Shown here: positions 7,056 to 15,822 of the stretch, piece after piece
Layout: each line of letters starts with the position of its first letter
How positions within the stretch are numbered: position 1 is the first letter of the stretch
Assembly (NCBI GenBank): GCA_031256725.1
Contig: JAIRQE010000022.1
Span: forward strand, 1-18,254
Direction of reading: 5' to 3'
DNA: 18,254 nt
From: Propionibacteriaceae bacterium
GTDB lineage: Bacteria > Actinomycetota > Actinomycetes > Propionibacteriales > Propionibacteriaceae
The notes under the pieces: model-generated
Told to the model about the DNA's origin: nothing
The model's input: the letters and a program-made list of their open reading frames with translations, nothing else
Database searches by the model: none
Program-made: the position numbers and the translations under genes

Positions 7056-8456
7056 ATGCCGCGTACATTAAGCCAAAAACTGTGGGATGACCATGTCGTT
7101 AAAGCAGGTTCAGATGGAACCCCAGACCTGCTCTATATCGACCTGCACCTGGTTCATGAAGTGACCAGTCCTCAAGCCTTCGACGGGTTGAGATTAGCTG
7201 GACGAAAGGTTCGTCGTACGGATCTGACCCTCGCCACCGAGGATCACAATACGCCGACCCTGAATATCATGACACCTATTGCTGACCCTGTTTCTCGTCT
7301 TCAAGTCGATACCCTGAGAAAGAATGCAGAAGAGTTTGGGATTCGTATCCACTCTTTGGGTGACAAGGACCAAGGTGTTGTTCACATCATTGGGCCTCAA
7401 CTAGGCCTCACCCAGCCTGGAATGACTGTAGTCTGCGGTGACTCCCATACCTCAACCCATGGTGCCTTTGGGGCTTTGGCCTTTGGTATTGGTACCTCCG
7501 AGGTCGAGCACGTACTCGCGACCCAGACCCTCCCACAGGCGAAACCAAAGACCATGGCGGTCACCGTGAATGGGACTCTCCCCGACGGAGTCACCGCCAA
7601 GGACCTCATCTTGACCCATATTTCTCGAGTGGGTACAGGCGGTGGTGCTGGATTCGTCGCAGAATACCGTGGTGACACCATCGAAAAGATGTCCATGGAA
7701 GCCCGCATGACGATCTGCAATATGAGTATCGAATGGGGAGCACGAGCTGGGATCGTGGCTCCAGATGAGACCACCTTTGCCTATCTCAAGGGTCGTCCCC
7801 ATGCCCCATCAGGAGCATTGTGGGATGAGGCTGTCGCTTATTGGTCAACACTCACCTCTGATCCAGACGCCATCTTTGATCGCGAAGTCATCATTGATGC
7901 GTCCACTCTGACCCCCTTCGTCACATGGGGCACAAACCCTGGACAGGGAGTCGGCATTGGGGATGAGGTACCATCACCCGACAGCTTCACTGACCCCGTC
8001 GATAAAGCAGCAGCACAACGCGCTCTTGAATACATGGGCCTAGAAGCTGGTACCCCCATGCGCCAGATTGCCATCGACACGGTTTTCTTGGGGTCATGTA
8101 CCAATGGACGTATCGAAGACCTCAGACAGGCTGCTGAGATTCTTCAAGGCAAGAGGATTGCGGACTCGTTGAGGATGCTGGTTGTACCAGGGTCCGCTCG
8201 GGTACGTCTCCAAGCCATGAAGGAGGGCCTCGACAAGGTTTTCATTGATGCTGGGGCCGAATGGCGTGAAGCCGGGTGTTCAATGTGTCTAGGAATGAAT
8301 CCAGACACCTTGAGTCCTGGAGAAAGATCAGCCTCGACCTCGAACCGTAACTTTGAAGGACGCCAGGGCAAGGGTGGACGTACCCATCTGGTGTCACCTG
8401 TTGTAGCCGCCGCCACTGCCCTGAAGGGCCACTTGGCTGACCTGAGTGATCTGTGA
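7056..8456 (+). CDS. leuC: 3-isopropylmalate dehydratase large subunit
   Basis: The N-terminus [15 protein letters not shown] is typical of LeuC. Aconitase-family Fe-S ligand motifs are present: [18 protein letters not shown] and [11 protein letters not shown] chose ATG 7056 (Shine-Dalgarno AAAGGAGAG, 3-4 nt spacing) over the upstream in-frame TTG 7023 given in the ORF track. Confidence 0.95.
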   Translation: MPRTLSQKLWDDHVVKAGSDGTPDLLYIDLHLVHEVTSPQAFDGLRLAGRKVRRTDLTLATEDHNTPTLNIMTPIADPVSRLQVDTLRKNAEEFGIRIHSLGDKDQGVVHIIGPQLGLTQPGMTVVCGDSHTSTHGAFGALAFGIGTSEVEHVLATQTLPQAKPKTMAVTVNGTLPDGVTAKDLILTHISRVGTGGGAGFVAEYRGDTIEKMSMEARMTICNMSIEWGARAGIVAPDETTFAYLKGRPHAPSGALWDEAVAYWSTLTSDPDAIFDREVIIDASTLTPFVTWGTNPGQGVGIGDEVPSPDSFTDPVDKAAAQRALEYMGLEAGTPMRQIAIDTVFLGSCTNGRIEDLRQAAEILQGKRIADSLRMLVVPGSARVRLQAMKEGLDKVFIDAGAEWREAGCSMCLGMNPDTLSPGERSASTSNRNFEGRQGKGGRTHLVSPVVAAATALKGHLADLSDL

Positions 8457-8466
8457 GGAGACCATC

Positions 8467-9072
8467 ATGGAGAAGTTCACTAACCACACCGGAATTGGTG
8501 TACCCCTGCGTCGATCCAACGTAGATACCGACCAGATCATTCCAGCTGTCTACCTCAAGAGGGTCACTCGTACAGGATTCGAGGACGGACTCTTTAGCGC
8601 ATGGAGAAATGACCCTGAGTTCATCTTGAACACCGAGCCCTATAGTGGTGGATCCATTCTCGTCGCAGGCCCAGATTTCGGTACAGGCTCCTCACGTGAA
8701 CACGCAGTGTGGGCTCTGATGGACTATGGGTTCAAAGTCGTGATCTGTTCACGGTTTGCAGACATCTTCAAAGGAAACTCAGGGAAAGCGGGCTTAGTAA
8801 CCGCGATCTTGGATGAGGAATATGTCGAAGAGATCTGGGATGCCTTGGAGGCTACCCCGGGTCTTGAACTCACTGTGGATCTGGACAAGACAACCATCAC
8901 AGCGGGGGAGAAGACCTACACCTTCGCAATTGATGAGTACACTCGCTACCGTCTTCTCAATGGCTTGGATGATATTTCGCTCACCCTCCAGGATGACAGT
9001 GAGATTTCCCAGTACGAAGCAGGTCGCCCAGCCTTCAAGCCACAGACCCTGCCAGCTATGATCGAAGACTAA
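8467..9072 (+). CDS. leuD: 3-isopropylmalate dehydratase small subunit
   Basis: [27 protein letters not shown] and [17 protein letters not shown] are LeuD hallmarks. GAGGAG at 8455-8460 lies 6 nt upstream of ATG 8467. The ORF-track start, GTG 8446, would overlap leuC. Confidence 0.95.
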   Translation: MEKFTNHTGIGVPLRRSNVDTDQIIPAVYLKRVTRTGFEDGLFSAWRNDPEFILNTEPYSGGSILVAGPDFGTGSSREHAVWALMDYGFKVVICSRFADIFKGNSGKAGLVTAILDEEYVEEIWDALEATPGLELTVDLDKTTITAGEKTYTFAIDEYTRYRLLNGLDDISLTLQDDSEISQYEAGRPAFKPQTLPAMIED

Positions 9073-9139
9073 ATGGTAACTGATGCTCCCTCGGGGTTTT
9101 GCCGCTGAGGGAGTTGATTGTGGCATTAGGCTGACCGGT

Positions 9140-10087
9140 ATGAATGCGACTCTTGCTGAGGTTGGTGAATTTCCAATCATTGACCGGATCACGAAAGGTC
9201 TTGTTAGAGGACCTGGGGTGAGCGTTGGTCCCGGGGATGATGCAGCTGTGGTCAGCGTGGATGGCTCCTTGGTGGTATCCACCGATGTCATGAACGAGAA
9301 TGTTCATTTTCGGATGGATTGGTGTTCCCCCTCGGATGTGGGTCGCCGCTGTATTGCAGCAGGGGTTGGCGATATTGAAGCTATGGGGGCTATTCCCACC
9401 GCTGTTGTGGTTGCCTTGTCCCTACCATCAATAACTGAGGTTTCGTGGATCGATAAGTTTATGGAGGGTGTCACCTCAGAGTGCGAGGCAGCCAATGTAT
9501 GCCTTGTGGGTGGTGACCTCTCATCTGCTTCCATGATTTCTGTGGCTGTCACAGCAATGGGTGAAACCAGGGGTCGCTCCGTGATCCATCGTGGGGGAGC
9601 CCAAGCAGGGGACCTCATTGCCTACAAGGGACGCTTGGGATGGGCCTCGGCAGGGTTAGCTGTTCTGTCAAGGGGTTTTCGTTCGCCTCGTGCTGTTGTC
9701 TCAGCCTATCAAGTCCCTAAAGTGGCTTATGGTGCAGGGATCGAAGCTGCACGAAATGGGGCTAGTTCACTGATTGACACCTCGGATGGCTTGGTGGCTG
9801 ACCTGGGTCATATTGCTCGTAGGTCGTCGGTCATCATGGATCTCGACTCGAAAGCCCTTCCCATTGCAGAACCACTCGCGGCTGTGGCCCAAGCTACAGG
9901 AAAGAACCCTATGGAGTTCCTCCTGGCAGGTGGTGAGGATCATGCTTTGGTGGGTACCTTCTCCCTAGGTCAAGTCCCTCAATCCTGGACTGTCATTGGT
10001 CGAGTCGAACCGCTCACTGGTCGTGATCCTGGGGTCTATCTTGATGGCGAGCAGTGGGTCGGCGAACGCGGTTGGACCCATTTCTGA
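9140..10087 (+). CDS. thiL: Thiamine-monophosphate kinase
   Basis: GEFPIIDRI, GPGDDAAVV, STDVMNENVHF, DIEAMGA and GGD are AIR-synthase-like/ThiL motifs. The start is ambiguous. ATG 9140 (MNATLAEVGEF...) is preceded by TAGGCT plus 7 nt and no Shine-Dalgarno. The ORF also opens at ATG 9083. Confidence 0.85.
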   Translation: MNATLAEVGEFPIIDRITKGLVRGPGVSVGPGDDAAVVSVDGSLVVSTDVMNENVHFRMDWCSPSDVGRRCIAAGVGDIEAMGAIPTAVVVALSLPSITEVSWIDKFMEGVTSECEAANVCLVGGDLSSASMISVAVTAMGETRGRSVIHRGGAQAGDLIAYKGRLGWASAGLAVLSRGFRSPRAVVSAYQVPKVAYGAGIEAARNGASSLIDTSDGLVADLGHIARRSSVIMDLDSKALPIAEPLAAVAQATGKNPMEFLLAGGEDHALVGTFSLGQVPQSWTVIGRVEPLTGRDPGVYLDGEQWVGERGWTHF

Positions 10088-10131
10088 GGTCTTCGCGGCG
10101 TGGGAGTACCCTAACCAGGACCGCTATGGCG

Positions 10132-10137
10132 TAGTCT
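10132..10137 (+). promoter_or_regulatory. Candidate -10 hexamer (TAGTCT) immediately upstream of the ftsK ATG
   Basis: The sequence gcgTAGTCTcgcggatATG places a TANNNT hexamer 7 nt before the ATG at 10145, with no Shine-Dalgarno-like purine run. Confidence 0.25.
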
Positions 10138-10144
10138 CGCGGAT

Positions 10145-12502
10145 ATGGCGAGCCGGGCTTCATCAACTAATACACGTGCCCCCAGATCAAAGACACCATC
10201 GAAAACTCCCGCGAAAACTGCTAAAACTACAAGGAAGAAGCAGCCGCGAGGGGTTGTACCAGTCCTAGGTCAGGGGATCTCTTCAGCATGGAATGCTATG
10301 GCTAGGGGCCTCGGCTCACTCGTACGAAGCATCGGGAATAGTACCAAAGAGATTGATCCTGGAATCCGCCGTGACGGCCTCGGACTCTTCATGGTTGCTG
10401 TAGCAATCGTCGTGGGTGCTACCTTCTGGTTCCAACTCCCAGGCGCAGTTGGTGCAGGTATCCGAATCGGTATCACAACAGTCTTTGGGATTGGCGCCTA
10501 CGCTATCCCTCTTGTTGTTCTGATTTCTGGAGTACTTATCCTGCTTAACCGCCGCAAAGCTGGTGGTGGCCGTTTAGTTTTCGGCTGGATTGCAGTGGGC
10601 CTGGGCTGTCTGGGCTTACTTCACATTGCCTGTGGACTTCCGCGTCCCGCAGATATGGATTCGGTACGAGCAGCAGGCGGAATCCTTGGCTACGTTATTT
10701 CATCATTGTTGGCTGATCCTTTGTCGGTTTGGGTGGCTGCACCCCTGTTGGCTCTGGTAACTATCTTCGGAATCATCCTCATTATCGGCAAGCCGCTGTC
10801 CCAGATTATTACTGAGGCAACAGCATGGGTACAAAAACTGCTCTTTTCGAGAACCCTTATTGTGGAAGACTCGGAAGTTACTGCTGTTGTTGATCGGAAT
10901 ACTGAGGAATCTGCAACAGTCTTCGTTGAACCGGGGGTGAATGAGCCAGCACCCAAGGCTCCACGGCGTACCCCTGTGAAGAAGGTGGCTGAACCCGAAC
11001 ATACCGGACCTCTACGCCAGGATCCGGTGTTGGCTGAAGGCATGGTCTACCACCTGCCTTCCCCCTCGTTGTTGCGCTCTGGATCAGTGGCTCAGTCACG
11101 TACCCATGCCTCGGATATGGTCGTACAATCCCTCCAGGAACTCCTCAATGAGTTTGAGATTGATGCCGAGGTGACGGGATATACCCGAGGCCCCACAGTG
11201 ACTCGGTATGAAGTGGAGCTGGGAACAGGGGTCAGGGTGGAGAAGGTAACTGCTCTGTCCAAGAACATCGCCTATGCCGTTGCCTCAGCAGATGTTCGTA
11301 TCCTGTCTCCTATCCCGGGGAAATCGGCTGTTGGTGTGGAGATCCCCAATACTGACAAGGAGATTGTTTCCTTGGGGGATGTTCTCAGATCACAGATTGC
11401 TCGTGCGGATGATCACCCTCTGACTGTGGCACTTGGCAAGGATGTGGAAGGCGGGTTCGTTGTTGCTAACCTCTCCACAATGCCACACCTCTTGGTTGCT
11501 GGTACCACTGGCTCAGGTAAATCAAGCTTCATTAACTCAATGCTGGTCTCCATTCTCATGAGGGCTACCCCTGACGAGGTACGTCTCCTTCTCGTCGATC
11601 CGAAGAGGGTTGAGTTGAACCATTATCAGGGGATTCCACACCTGATTACCCCTATCATCACAACTGCGAAGAAGGCCGCCGAGGCCCTCCAATGGGTGGT
11701 GAAAGAGATGGATATGAGGTACAACGATCTCGCGGAGTTTGGGTACCGTCACATCAACGATTTCAACCGTGATGTACGTGCTGGAAAGGTCAAACCCCTT
11801 CCTGGTAGCGAGCGTGAGATCGGCCCCTATCCCTATCTTTTGGTTGTGGTTGACGAGCTTGCGGATCTGATGATGGTTGCTCCTAGGGATGTTGAAGACT
11901 CTATTGTGAGGATCACCCAGTTGGCGAGGGCTGCTGGAATCCACCTTGTTCTTGCAACACAGCGCCCCTCAGTCAGTGTGGTCACCGGTTTGATTAAGGC
12001 GAATGTACCCTCTCGCTTGGCTTTCGCTACGGCATCGATGACAGATTCACGGGTCATTCTTGACCAAGCTGGGGCTGAGAAACTAGTCGGCAAGGGTGAC
12101 GGATTGTTCGTTCCCCAGGATGCATCACGGCCTATCAGGGTGCAGGGGGCATGGGTCAGCGAGGAAGAGATTAGTGCCGTTGTGGAGATGGTCTCCAACC
12201 AGGTACAACCTCAGTACCGTGAGGACATTGCTGATGTGGCTTCTTCAAATAAGGCAGTAGCAGAAGATATCGGTGACGATCTTGATCTGGTTGTTGAGGC
12301 TGCTCGTCTGGTTGTAAATCTTCAATTGGGGTCCACATCCATGCTTCAGCGCAAACTTCGTGTGGGTTTCGCCAAGGCAGGGAGGCTTATGGACATTTTA
12401 GAAACAAGGGGAGTTGTTGGGCCTTCGGAGGGTTCCAAACCTCGCGAGGTCCTGGTAACCCCAGATCAGCTCGACGAGGTACTCGCCAGCCTTGGGGGAT
12501 GA
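10145..12502 (+). CDS. ftsK: DNA translocase FtsK/SpoIIIE
   Basis: 785 aa with a basic low-complexity N-terminus and 4 TM helices. The motor domain has Walker [10 protein letters not shown] and Walker [14 protein letters not shown]. The C-terminal gamma (KOPS-reading) wHTH is [31 protein letters not shown]. Confidence 0.96.
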   Translation: MASRASSTNTRAPRSKTPSKTPAKTAKTTRKKQPRGVVPVLGQGISSAWNAMARGLGSLVRSIGNSTKEIDPGIRRDGLGLFMVAVAIVVGATFWFQLPGAVGAGIRIGITTVFGIGAYAIPLVVLISGVLILLNRRKAGGGRLVFGWIAVGLGCLGLLHIACGLPRPADMDSVRAAGGILGYVISSLLADPLSVWVAAPLLALVTIFGIILIIGKPLSQIITEATAWVQKLLFSRTLIVEDSEVTAVVDRNTEESATVFVEPGVNEPAPKAPRRTPVKKVAEPEHTGPLRQDPVLAEGMVYHLPSPSLLRSGSVAQSRTHASDMVVQSLQELLNEFEIDAEVTGYTRGPTVTRYEVELGTGVRVEKVTALSKNIAYAVASADVRILSPIPGKSAVGVEIPNTDKEIVSLGDVLRSQIARADDHPLTVALGKDVEGGFVVANLSTMPHLLVAGTTGSGKSSFINSMLVSILMRATPDEVRLLLVDPKRVELNHYQGIPHLITPIITTAKKAAEALQWVVKEMDMRYNDLAEFGYRHINDFNRDVRAGKVKPLPGSEREIGPYPYLLVVVDELADLMMVAPRDVEDSIVRITQLARAAGIHLVLATQRPSVSVVTGLIKANVPSRLAFATASMTDSRVILDQAGAEKLVGKGDGLFVPQDASRPIRVQGAWVSEEEISAVVEMVSNQVQPQYREDIADVASSNKAVAEDIGDDLDLVVEAARLVVNLQLGSTSMLQRKLRVGFAKAGRLMDILETRGVVGPSEGSKPREVLVTPDQLDEVLASLGG

Positions 12503-13886
12503 TTTGACTCAAACTCGCGACCTTGTACCTGTTCACATCGTCTCCTTGGGGTGTGCTCGAAATGAAGTTGACTCCGAGGAGTTAGCCGCCCGATTCTTGG
12601 CTGGCGGATTTACGTTGACTGACTCTCGTGACGATGCCCGAGTCATCGTGGTGAACACCTGTGGGTTCATTGAGGCCGCCAAAATGGAATCCCTAGAGGA
12701 GATATTCTCCACATCGACACAGGCCACTGGTCACAAGCCCACAGTGGTTGTTGCTGGGTGTATGGCCGAGAGGTACGGGCAAGAACTCGCCTCAAGTCTG
12801 CCTGAAGGGGATGCCATTATCGGTTTTGATGGCTACGATGACATAGCTTCGACGGTACGAAACCTTGTAACTGGTGGACGTATTCAAGCGCACACGCCAA
12901 CAGATCGTCGGCAATTGCTGCCGATAGCCCCCATTCAACGGGTTGACCATCATGGACCACCCTGGGTACCCTCGCAACGTGTGAGGTTGAATAACTCTCC
13001 TAGTGCGCCGTTGAAGATCGCCAGTGGATGTGATCGGCGCTGTGCCTTCTGCTCGATCCCAAGTTTCCGGGGATCCTTTCAATCGCGTAGGCCTGAGGAT
13101 ATCCTTCATGAGGCACAATGGCTGGCAGGCCAGTCGGTTAAAGAACTCTTCCTTGTAAGTGAGAACACAACTTCCTATGGGAAAGACATTGGGTCAGGTG
13201 CTCTGGAATCCCTTATCGCCCAATTGTCTTTGGTGGAGGCCATTGAATGGATTCGACTGAGTTATCTTCAACCAGCAGAGGTACGACCCTCCCTCATTGA
13301 AGCGATCGCTTCAACACCAAAGGTCGTTCCCTATTTTGATCTTCCTTTCCAACATGCTTCGGGGTCTGTTCTGAGGAGGATGCGCCGCTTTGGTGATGCC
13401 GAGACCTTCCTTGGTCTTATTGACCAGGTAAGGCAGATCATGCCTGATGCGGGGATACGTACCAATGTCATTGTTGGTTTTCCTGGAGAGACTGAAACCG
13501 ACTATGAGATCCTGACACAGTTCATTGGTGAGGCTGGGTTGGATGCTGTGGGGGTTTTCGGATATTCCGATGAGGAAGGTACCGAAGCAGCAGGTCTTGA
13601 TGGACATGTGGATGAGGATGAGATCCATGCTCGAGAGGTGGCCTTGAGAGAATTTGCGGATACTGTCACTGCGATGAGAGCCGAAGATCGTGTGGGCAAC
13701 GAGGTGAAAGTCCTGATTGAGGAGGTCGCCTCTGGTGAGAGTCAAGGGAGATCGCAGCAACAAGGCCCCGAAGATGGTCAGTGCTACATAGCTGGGGCAG
13801 AGTACCCTAGGGGAGAGATCCTTAGTGGGCGAATCGTTGATACTGATGGAGTTGACTGGCAGATCGAAGTGTATGATTGCCTCTAG
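12492..13886 (+). CDS. rimO: Ribosomal protein S12 methylthiotransferase RimO (radical SAM MTTase)
   Basis: The N-terminal MTTase cysteines are in [18 protein letters not shown] and AGCMAE. The radical-SAM motif is CDRRCAFC, and there is a C-terminal TRAM-like domain. The start is either TTG 12492 (11-nt overlap with ftsK) or TTG 12504, which is preceded by GGGGGA. Confidence 0.9.
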   Translation: MGDDLTQTRDLVPVHIVSLGCARNEVDSEELAARFLAGGFTLTDSRDDARVIVVNTCGFIEAAKMESLEEIFSTSTQATGHKPTVVVAGCMAERYGQELASSLPEGDAIIGFDGYDDIASTVRNLVTGGRIQAHTPTDRRQLLPIAPIQRVDHHGPPWVPSQRVRLNNSPSAPLKIASGCDRRCAFCSIPSFRGSFQSRRPEDILHEAQWLAGQSVKELFLVSENTTSYGKDIGSGALESLIAQLSLVEAIEWIRLSYLQPAEVRPSLIEAIASTPKVVPYFDLPFQHASGSVLRRMRRFGDAETFLGLIDQVRQIMPDAGIRTNVIVGFPGETETDYEILTQFIGEAGLDAVGVFGYSDEEGTEAAGLDGHVDEDEIHAREVALREFADTVTAMRAEDRVGNEVKVLIEEVASGESQGRSQQQGPEDGQCYIAGAEYPRGEILSGRIVDTDGVDWQIEVYDCL

Positions 13887-13985
13887 AGGGAGGGACCTTG
13901 TGTTGACTAGGGGTTGGCTCACTGTACGTGCCACTGCTATGCAATCCTTCTCATCTAGATAAGCCTGCGATAAGAGTGAGAGACC

Positions 13986-14681
13986 ATGACAGAGTCTGAC
14001 AAAGTTGTCCCTGTTGTCAACCTTCCCAACGCTTTGACAGTGTTGAGGCTGGCAGTTGTTCCTGTATTTGCGTGGATGCTCCTCGCTCACCCCCATGACA
14101 TGACATGGCGCTGGATTACTACAGCGGTTTTCATTGTTGCTCTTCTTACTGATCTAGCTGACGGGGCAATTGCTCGAAAGAAGGGGCTTATTACCGATTT
14201 CGGTAAGCTGTGGGATCCCATCGCCGATAAAGCCATCACAGGAATGGCCATGATTGGTCTGTCGATCTTGGGTGAACTGTGGTGGTGGGTCACCATCATC
14301 ATTCTCATACGCGAGTGGGGGATCACGATTATGAGATTCATGATCGTCAAGTACGGAGTACAAGCAGCCGACAAACTTGGCAAGATGAAGACCCTCTTCC
14401 AAACCATTGCACTTGTGGGATTGCTTGCTCCCTTTGTTCTCCACATGAATGCCTCGATTGATGCCACGCAAGCGACGTTCATCCCGGAAGCGTGGTACTG
14501 GGTGTGCCTGATCCTGCACTGGGTGGCAGTGATCGCCATGGGTATCGCCTTCATTCTGACTGTGGTTTCTGGGGTGAACTATTGCATAGGTGCATGGAAG
14601 CTTCGTCAAAACTGGCTTGCTAACCAAGCTGATGGTCAGGATTCTACCGAGACTGAGGTACATGAACCCGACGCCAGGTGA
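13986..14681 (+). CDS. pgsA: CDP-diacylglycerol--glycerol-3-phosphate 3-phosphatidyltransferase (CDP-alcohol phosphatidyltransferase family)
   Basis: The sequence DLADGAIARKKGLITDFGKLWDPIADK matches the D-x2-DG-x2-AR-x8-G-x3-D-x3-D signature. The protein is polytopic, and its position between rimO and cinA is conserved. Confidence 0.9.
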   Translation: MTESDKVVPVVNLPNALTVLRLAVVPVFAWMLLAHPHDMTWRWITTAVFIVALLTDLADGAIARKKGLITDFGKLWDPIADKAITGMAMIGLSILGELWWWVTIIILIREWGITIMRFMIVKYGVQAADKLGKMKTLFQTIALVGLLAPFVLHMNASIDATQATFIPEAWYWVCLILHWVAVIAMGIAFILTVVSGVNYCIGAWKLRQNWLANQADGQDSTETEVHEPDAR

Positions 14682-15144
14682 GGTGATCAACCTCCTGGTT
14701 GATGCAGGTGCCACAGTGGCAACCTGTGAGTCGCTTACGGGTGGAATGATCTGTGCTGAACTGACCTCAGTACCAGGTTCCTCGCAGGTGGTTCTAGGTG
14801 GGATGATTACCTATGCCACGACGCTAAAAACTACTCTGGCTGGTATTGATTCTGGTTTGATCGAAACCCACGGTGTGGTCTCTCGTGAGGTTGGAGTGGC
14901 TATGGCCGAATCTGCATCTGAGATCTGTGGAGCAGACTATGGCATCGGTGTGACTGGGGTGGCTGGGCCAGGACCATTAGATGGTATTGAGGCAGGTACT
15001 GTCTGGGTAGGAGTGAAGGGCCCTCAAGGATGTGTAGGTGAACTTCTTCATGAACAAGGAGATCGTGAGGCCGTACGTACAGCGGTGGTTGGCCACGCCT
15101 TGTGGCTGCTATCCATGATTATCCAGCAGGGACGCGCCGAGTGA
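14662..15144 (+). CDS. cinA: CinA-family C-terminal domain protein (nicotinamide-nucleotide amidohydrolase PncC-like)
   Basis: ATCESLTGGMICAELTSVPGSS, GGMITYA, VSREVGVAMAE and GIGVTGVAGPG are CinA C-terminal/PncC motifs. There is no MoCF-biosynthesis N-domain. ATG 14662 overlaps the pgsA end by 20 nt. The ORF-track start at 14590 would overlap by 92 nt. Confidence 0.85.
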   Translation: MNPTPGEVINLLVDAGATVATCESLTGGMICAELTSVPGSSQVVLGGMITYATTLKTTLAGIDSGLIETHGVVSREVGVAMAESASEICGADYGIGVTGVAGPGPLDGIEAGTVWVGVKGPQGCVGELLHEQGDREAVRTAVVGHALWLLSMIIQQGRAE

Positions 15145-15174
15145 GAGCCACCCGGATTCTTCAAGGTGCCACGG

Positions 15175-15180
15175 TAGAAT
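15175..15180 (+). promoter_or_regulatory. Candidate -10 hexamer (TAGAAT) for a leaderless clgR transcript
   Basis: The sequence acggTAGAATagttctATG has a near-consensus -10 ending 6 nt before the ATG at 15187, with no Shine-Dalgarno. Confidence 0.45.
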
Positions 15181-15186
15181 AGTTCT

Positions 15187-15474
15187 ATGACTATCAGCCG
15201 TACGATACTGCTTCGGGAAGCAATCGGGGAGACTATTCGCGATCTTCGTTTGACCACTGGGCGTACCTTGAGGGATGTATCGGCTGACGCTCAGGTTTCT
15301 CTTGGGTATCTCTCCGAGATAGAAAGAGGACAAAAAGAGGCTTCCTCAGAGGTGCTATCTTCCATTGCTGATGCCTTCGATCTCAGTGTGGGGGAGTTGA
15401 TTGGGGAAACAGCCACCCGAATGCTTGCCTATGAGACTGATGCTGTTGTGCCATTGAATCGCATGGCTGCCTGA
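15187..15474 (+). CDS. clgR: XRE-family HTH regulator, ClgR (Clp gene regulator)-like
   Basis: The sequence LREAIGETIRDLRLTTGRTLRDVSADAQVSLGYLSEIERGQKEASSEVLSSIADAFDL closely matches the ClgR core (GRTLREVS..A.VSLGYLSEIERG.KE.SSELL). The position between cinA and recA is conserved. Confidence 0.85.
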   Translation: MTISRTILLREAIGETIRDLRLTTGRTLRDVSADAQVSLGYLSEIERGQKEASSEVLSSIADAFDLSVGELIGETATRMLAYETDAVVPLNRMAA

Positions 15475-15668
15475 TGCGTGAGGCGGAGCTATGGGAGAGA
15501 ATGAATGAGGTTCTTGGGTCTGATTATGCGCCCGCTTGGGCAGATCTCGTGGTGATGTCAGACTTGGGTGGACGATCTGTGAGGGAAGCCATTACTGCTG
15601 GGATAGACTTCAAAACCATCTGGCGAGCTGTCTGGACTCAATTGGAACTCCCTGAATCCTTGAGGTAA
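15474..15668 (+). CDS. DUF3046-family small protein (Rv2738c-like) upstream of recA
   Basis: 64 aa (MREAELWERMNEVLG...GGRSVREAITAGIDFKTIWRAVW). It has a TGATG 1-nt overlap with clgR. A small conserved protein of this type sits upstream of recA in actinobacteria. Confidence 0.75.
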   Translation: MREAELWERMNEVLGSDYAPAWADLVVMSDLGGRSVREAITAGIDFKTIWRAVWTQLELPESLR

Positions 15669-15694
15669 CGACACGCCGAAGTTATGTAGTCCGT

Positions 15695-15710
15695 TCGAAC
15701 ACATGTTCGG
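15695..15710. promoter_or_regulatory. LexA SOS box (Cheo-box type) upstream of recA
   Basis: TCGAACacatGTTCGg matches the actinobacterial/Gram-positive consensus TCGAAC-N4-GTTCGA at 15 of 16 positions. The core CGAAC-N4-GTTCG is a perfect palindrome. It is followed directly by TAAAGT (15711-15716), a TANNNT -10 candidate. I found no other GAAC-N4-GTTC in the window. Confidence 0.85.
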
Positions 15711-15731
15711 TAAAGTGGTCAGCGTGGAAAG

Positions 15732-15740
15732 TTATCCACA
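15732..15740 (+). promoter_or_regulatory. Perfect DnaA-box 9-mer TTATCCACA in the recA leader
   Basis: This is an exact match to the classical DnaA box consensus. It is embedded in a 5-bp inverted repeat, GTGGA (15724-15728) and TCCAC (15735-15739). A single copy could occur by chance. Confidence 0.3.
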
Positions 15741-15762
15741 GATTCTGTTTTCAGCAGCAAAA

Positions 15763-15784
15763 TGTCTGAGGCTGATCCTATGGT
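15763..15784 (+). promoter_or_regulatory. RecA-NDp-like (LexA-independent, PafBC-type) promoter motif
   Basis: TGTCTGAG-N8-TATGGT compares with the mycobacterial motif tTGTCRgtg-8nt-TAnnnT. The TGTC core, the 8-nt spacer and the TANNNT hexamer all fit, with two mismatches at less conserved positions. It lies 39 nt upstream of the recA ATG. Confidence 0.4.
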
Positions 15785-15822
15785 TCTAGTGTCGAAGACA
15801 ACACTGAAGAGAAAGGTACGAC

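Noticed and set aside
9073-9139. A possible TPP riboswitch upstream of thiL.
   Set aside because: The gap is only about 67 nt at most, which is too short. It also lacks the conserved CUGAGA and ACCUGA elements of the THI box.
10178-10215. A short direct repeat, GAAAACT / GAAAACT / TAAAACT.
   Set aside because: It lies in the ftsK 5' coding region and simply encodes the low-complexity basic tail ([11 protein letters not shown]). It is not a non-coding repeat.
13887-13985. The 99-nt rimO-pgsA spacer contains TTGACT and two TCTAGA palindromes, which could be a terminator or a promoter.
   Set aside because: There is no stable stem with a U-tract. TTGACT has no properly spaced TANNNT partner that I could align with confidence. 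A promoter probably exists here, but I cannot place it.
13311-14096. A 261-aa ORF on the minus strand spans the rimO 3' half, the rimO-pgsA gap and the pgsA start.
   Set aside because: It is entirely antisense to two genes with unmistakable family motifs (RimO TRAM/radical-SAM and the PgsA N-terminus). Its translation is Ser/Leu/Arg-rich with scattered Cys, contains no motif I recognise, and has no Shine-Dalgarno or promoter geometry. It is most likely a stop-free shadow frame. Ribo-seq would be needed to show otherwise.
14590-14661. A 24-codon N-terminal extension of cinA appears in the ORF track.
   Set aside because: It would overlap pgsA by 92 nt, and its sequence (MHGSFVKTGLLTKLMVRILPRLRY) is unrelated to the CinA family. 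The conserved domain begins right after Met at 14662.
14087-14714. Minus-strand ORFs of 155 and 186 aa lie opposite pgsA.
   Set aside because: They are antisense to a CDS carrying the complete CDP-alcohol phosphatidyltransferase signature. Their translations are His/Met/Arg-rich and look like nonsense.
15131-15150. A possible ClgR operator (CGC-N5-GCG type) upstream of clgR, in the sequence gaCGCgccgaGTGag.
   Set aside because: The right half-site is GTG rather than GCG, and the element lies inside the cinA 3' end. The match is too poor to call.
15787-15806. A small hairpin, AGTGT-N8-ACACT, lies just upstream of the recA ribosome-binding site.
   Set aside because: It has only 5 Watson-Crick pairs plus one G-U pair. 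That is too weak to call a regulatory structure without evidence of conservation.
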